Assembly (NCBI GenBank): GCA_965237525.1
Contig: CBDEFO010000006.1
Coordinates: forward strand, 1 to 64,000
Direction: 5' to 3'
Source of the DNA: Candidatus Latescibacterota bacterium
GTDB lineage: Bacteria > Latescibacterota > CBDEFO01
DNA: 64,000 nt
Shown here: positions 60,700 to 64,000 of the stretch, in pieces
How the letters are laid out: each line of letters begins with the position of its first letter
Position numbering within the stretch: position 1 is the stretch's first letter
Notes under the pieces: model-generated
Told to the model about the DNA's origin: nothing
Database searches by the model: none
What the model saw: only the letters and a program-made list of their open reading frames with translations
Translations under genes and position numbers: made by a program

Positions 60700-60960
60700 T
60701 TCCATAAGGCCACCGGACACAGGAGGCGGCATCACCTCCACGAATCCGTCGTTCAAAGAGACGTGAAGGAAGCTGTTCGCCGCGCTGGACTGGCAAAGCG
60801 AGCCTCCTGCCACACCTCTCGAGATTCATTTGCGACACATCTGCTGGAGGATGGCTGCGACATCACCACTGTACAGGAACTTCTCGGACACAAAGACCTT
60901 AAAACCACGATAATCTACACACATGTCATCAACAAGGGCCGCTTGGGTGTTTGTCCGCCC
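60700..60960 (+). pseudogene. intI: Integron integrase C-terminal remnant
   Basis: [13 protein letters not shown] (IntI-specific patch), [14 protein letters not shown] (degenerate HxxRH), [14 protein letters not shown]. Confidence 0.85.
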
Positions 60961-61033
60961 GAGATGGTCTTCGGGCAAGGGCCATCTGGGAAATCCCAGA
61001 TCAATCGATTCCAAGCCAGGAGGATAAGTCACT

Positions 61034-61402
61034 ATGACTAATATGTCGTTTAGCAAGTCCGCAGATTGGAAGACCGGTATCCGGACCTACTTTGAGTACC
61101 GGGATCTCGGCATCGTAAAGGCCACCAGGGGCAAGGTGCTCGCGCACGTCATCCGTGCCAAGGAGCCTTGCAGCGGTCCCGGTGGCTATCACACCCACGA
61201 TGTTGAGTTCCAGATGAACTACGTGCTGAACGGCTGGACTCGGGTCGAATTCGAAGACGCTGGTGAGGTCCGCTTCGAGGCCGGCGACAGTTGGCTCCAA
61301 GAGCCCAACATCAAACACGAAGTCCTGGAATACTCCGACGATTTCGAAGTTATGGAGATCTGTATGCCGGCGGATTTCCCGTCCAAGGACGCCCAACGCT
61401 GA
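61034..61402 (+). CDS. Cupin-domain protein
   Basis: FEYRDLG, HTH..EFQ..YVL.GW, P.IKH. Confidence 0.88.
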   Translation: MTNMSFSKSADWKTGIRTYFEYRDLGIVKATRGKVLAHVIRAKEPCSGPGGYHTHDVEFQMNYVLNGWTRVEFEDAGEVRFEAGDSWLQEPNIKHEVLEYSDDFEVMEICMPADFPSKDAQR

Positions 61403-61443
61403 TCAATCGGGCGGGGGCGTGCGCGCCTTCAGGGAGGTCACAG

Positions 61444-62211
61444 ATGGGAAGGCTTGATGGCAAGGTAGCGGCTGTAACAGGTGGTGCATCGGGCATTGGC
61501 GAAGCCACGGTTCGGCTCTTCGTGGAAGAGGGCGCAAGGGTGTCCTTTGCCGATCGCGATAGCGCTCGCGGCACCGGCGTTGCGGAAGAGATCAAGGCGA
61601 GTGGGGGAGAAGTGCTATTTGTGGAGACCCACGTGGAGCGCGAAGCCGAGGCTATGGCCTTTATCCGGACTACGATAGAGCACTTTGGTCAGCTCAATAT
61701 TCTGGTGAATAATGCCGCCATCCGTCTCTACCAAAGCGTGACCGAAGCCACCGAGGAGAGTTGGGACACCATTTGGGGGGTGAACGTCAAAGGCTACGTC
61801 TTCTGCGCCAAAGCCGCCATTCCGGCCCTGCGTCGTACGGGAAACGGGAGCATTGTCAATATAGCCTCTAACAATGCAGTTATAGCGGGCGACAACACGG
61901 TACAGTACGATACCACAAAGGCAGCGGTCACCGGCTTGACGCGTGGCCTGGCCCGAGCTCACGCCGCCGACGGCATCCGGGCCAATACACTGTGTCCAGG
62001 GCCGACCTTTACCCCCTTTCACGAGCACCGTGCCGCTGCGGCCGGGAAAACCCACGAAGTATTCAAGGAAGAATTTGGACGGCCCCTCATGCTCATGCGG
62101 CCGGGGACACCAAGAGAGATTGCCACGGGTGTCCTGTTCCTAGCTTCTGACGACGCGTCGTTCGTCACCGGAACATGCCTGTTTGTGGACGGCGGTGAGT
62201 CGGCTATGTGA
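61444..62211 (+). CDS. SDR-family oxidoreductase
   Basis: TGGASGIG, NNAA, YDTTK, VDGG. Confidence 0.95.
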   Translation: MGRLDGKVAAVTGGASGIGEATVRLFVEEGARVSFADRDSARGTGVAEEIKASGGEVLFVETHVEREAEAMAFIRTTIEHFGQLNILVNNAAIRLYQSVTEATEESWDTIWGVNVKGYVFCAKAAIPALRRTGNGSIVNIASNNAVIAGDNTVQYDTTKAAVTGLTRGLARAHAADGIRANTLCPGPTFTPFHEHRAAAAGKTHEVFKEEFGRPLMLMRPGTPREIATGVLFLASDDASFVTGTCLFVDGGESAM

Positions 62212-62254
62212 GGTCATCATACAGTGAAGAGCAGCGATTTGCTATACTGCAGCA

Positions 62255-62584
62255 GTCGCACTGATCAACCCACTCTTCATGGTGTCGCTCTTCGGAACGG
62301 CATTGGCCTGTGTCGCGCTGGCCGTCTCCTCCCTATTCAGGTGGAACGAACCGAGTGCCGTTTACCTGCTCGTCGGCAGCCTGCTCTATCTCGTCGGCAC
62401 CGTTGCGGTAACCATGGTGTTCAACGTACCGCGGAACGACGCGTTAGCGGCTGTTGAGGCGGACACCGCTGACGGCGCGAACCTATGGCCTCGATACGCT
62501 GCCGGTTGGATTGCCTGGAACCACGTGCGGACGGCCGCAGCCCTTGCTACTGCGGCATCGCTCACCATCGCGCTCTGTTGTTGA
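62255..62584 (+). pseudogene. DUF1772/anthrone oxygenase-like gene, 5'-truncated
   Basis: VTMVFNVPRNDAL, W..WNHVRT; N-terminal part missing. Confidence 0.7.
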
Positions 62585-62641
62585 GAGGCGCATAGTAATG
62601 TGGTATATCGGGCGTAAAACAAGATGACCCTGTCCATCATC

Positions 62642-62698
62642 GCCCAACAAACGCTTGCAGCGGACGCGCTAACGCGCGCCGATGGCTTTGCGTTAGGC
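62642..62698 (+). other. attC site
   Basis: GCCCAAC...GCAGCGGACGCGCTAACGCGCG...GTTAGGC (RYYYAAC / GTTRRRY), 57 bp. Confidence 0.75.
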
Positions 62699-62800
62699 CG
62701 CTAAATCGGGCAATGAAGATATGAACCTCACCGCAAATGGTAAAAGGCGGCAGTGTAGCTGCGAAGAATTTGCGGGCCCTGCTGCGGAGGTCAAATAGTG

Positions 62801-64000
62801 ATGAGATACGACGTAATAATTGTAGGGGCAGGCTCTGCCGGCGCCATACTCGCAACCCGGCTCACTGAGGACCCGGATCGGTCTGTCTTGTTGTTGGAGG
62901 CGGGGCCCGACTTCCCGAAGTTCGAGCAACTCCCCGAGGAGATCAAGTTTGCCTACGGTAAAGACCGCAACATTTGGGCGCGGGCCTTCGGTCACCACAC
63001 GAAATTCGGCTGGGGCTATACGGCCAGGGCTACCGACAAAATCCCCGACATGTTCGTGCCCCGGGGGAAAATCGTTGGCGGTTCAAGCGCGGTCAATTCG
63101 CAGATCTTTCTCCGCGGGGTCCCCGAAGACTACGATACCTGGGCCAAGCTGGGCAACGACAAGTGGAGCTTCGAGGAGCTACTCCCTTACTTTCGCAAAA
63201 ACGAAGCCGACCCCGATTTTCGCGATTCCTTCCACGGCGACGCCGGTCCCATCCGCGTTCGGCGTTTCAAATACGAGGAGTTGAATCCCGAACACCGAGC
63301 CTTCTACGACGCCTGTCGGGCCGCCGGCTATCAGGATTGTCCCGACCACAACGACCCCGACTCTACGGGGGTCGGTCCGCTGGCGCTCAATAATCCAGAC
63401 GGCATCCGCTGGAGCACGGCGATCGGTTACCTGAGCCAGGCGCGCCACCGCCTGAACCTCACCATCAAAGCGGACTGTCTGGTACACCGCGTGCGCTTTG
63501 ATGGCCGGCGGGCCGTCGGCCTCGAAGTGGAGAGCGGTGGCGAGATGTTCAATGTATATGGCCAGGAGATCCTCCTGTGCGGAGGAGGCATCGGCTCGCC
63601 CCAGATCCTCATGCTTTCGGGCGTCGGGCCGGCCAATCATCTCCAAGAGGTAGGCATCCCCGTAGTGCACGACCTGCCGGGCGTCGGGCAGAACCTGAGA
63701 GACCATCCGCAAGTCCCCGTGACCTTGAGGGCAAAGGAAGAATTTCTGTCCGATGGCACCGACCCTCCGTTGCAGATAGGGCTCCGTTACACGGCGCAGG
63801 GTTCCGACCTGCGCAATGACATGTTTATCCTCCCAACCTCTTTTGCCACCGAGGAGGGGTATCTTGTCGCATCTGATTCGAAGCCTCTAGGATTTCACAT
63901 CACAGCCTGTATATACCTCGCCGCCGGCGCGGGCGAAATCAAGCTCGCCTCTTCCGACCCGCACAACCAACCCGCACTGGACTACAACTACCTGACCGAG
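62801..64000 (+). CDS. GMC oxidoreductase (choline dehydrogenase-like), runs off the window
   Basis: GAGSAG, LLEAG, RGKIVGGSSAVN, SPQILMLSG.G, VGQNLRDH; absent from the ORF track because there is no stop in the window. Confidence 0.92.
   Translation, partial: MRYDVIIVGAGSAGAILATRLTEDPDRSVLLLEAGPDFPKFEQLPEEIKFAYGKDRNIWARAFGHHTKFGWGYTARATDKIPDMFVPRGKIVGGSSAVNSQIFLRGVPEDYDTWAKLGNDKWSFEELLPYFRKNEADPDFRDSFHGDAGPIRVRRFKYEELNPEHRAFYDACRAAGYQDCPDHNDPDSTGVGPLALNNPDGIRWSTAIGYLSQARHRLNLTIKADCLVHRVRFDGRRAVGLEVESGGEMFNVYGQEILLCGGGIGSPQILMLSGVGPANHLQEVGIPVVHDLPGVGQNLRDHPQVPVTLRAKEEFLSDGTDPPLQIGLRYTAQGSDLRNDMFILPTSFATEEGYLVASDSKPLGFHITACIYLAAGAGEIKLASSDPHNQPALDYNYLTE

Overview
64 kb of bacterial chromosome at roughly 50% GC. 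Several secreted proteins end in a 'QNYPNPFN' FlgD/T9SS-like sorting domain, which suggests an FCB-superphylum lineage such as Latescibacterota or KSB1 (inference only). Housekeeping genes (tsaD, thrC-like, iscS-like, uvrA, nadE, lexA, ABC permeases) alternate with heavily remodelled accessory DNA. That DNA includes two paralogous cohesin-dockerin-cohesin surface proteins (both disrupted), an octaheme epsilon-Hao-like pair, and a phage-type replication initiator with internal iterons broken by an IS nested in an IS. It also includes a UGA/SECIS selenoprotein (DUF3179), two HicAB pairs (one with a MerR-HicB fusion), AIPR, a DUF262+HEPN integron cassette, an intI remnant, attC sites and IS1182/IS1380 remnants. 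The least explained signal is an ~17-22 bp palindrome (CCCCGA-N5-9-TCGGGG) at about 17 loci. It sits inside other REP families, inside itself and in-frame inside a gene, and supplies an identical C-terminal peptide and stop codon to unrelated proteins. Two further patterns recur: foreign inserts bracketed by long direct repeats of host-gene ends, and IS1380 right ends directly upstream of cargo genes. No rRNA, tRNA or CRISPR array was seen. All family calls come from motif recognition by eye, without database searches.
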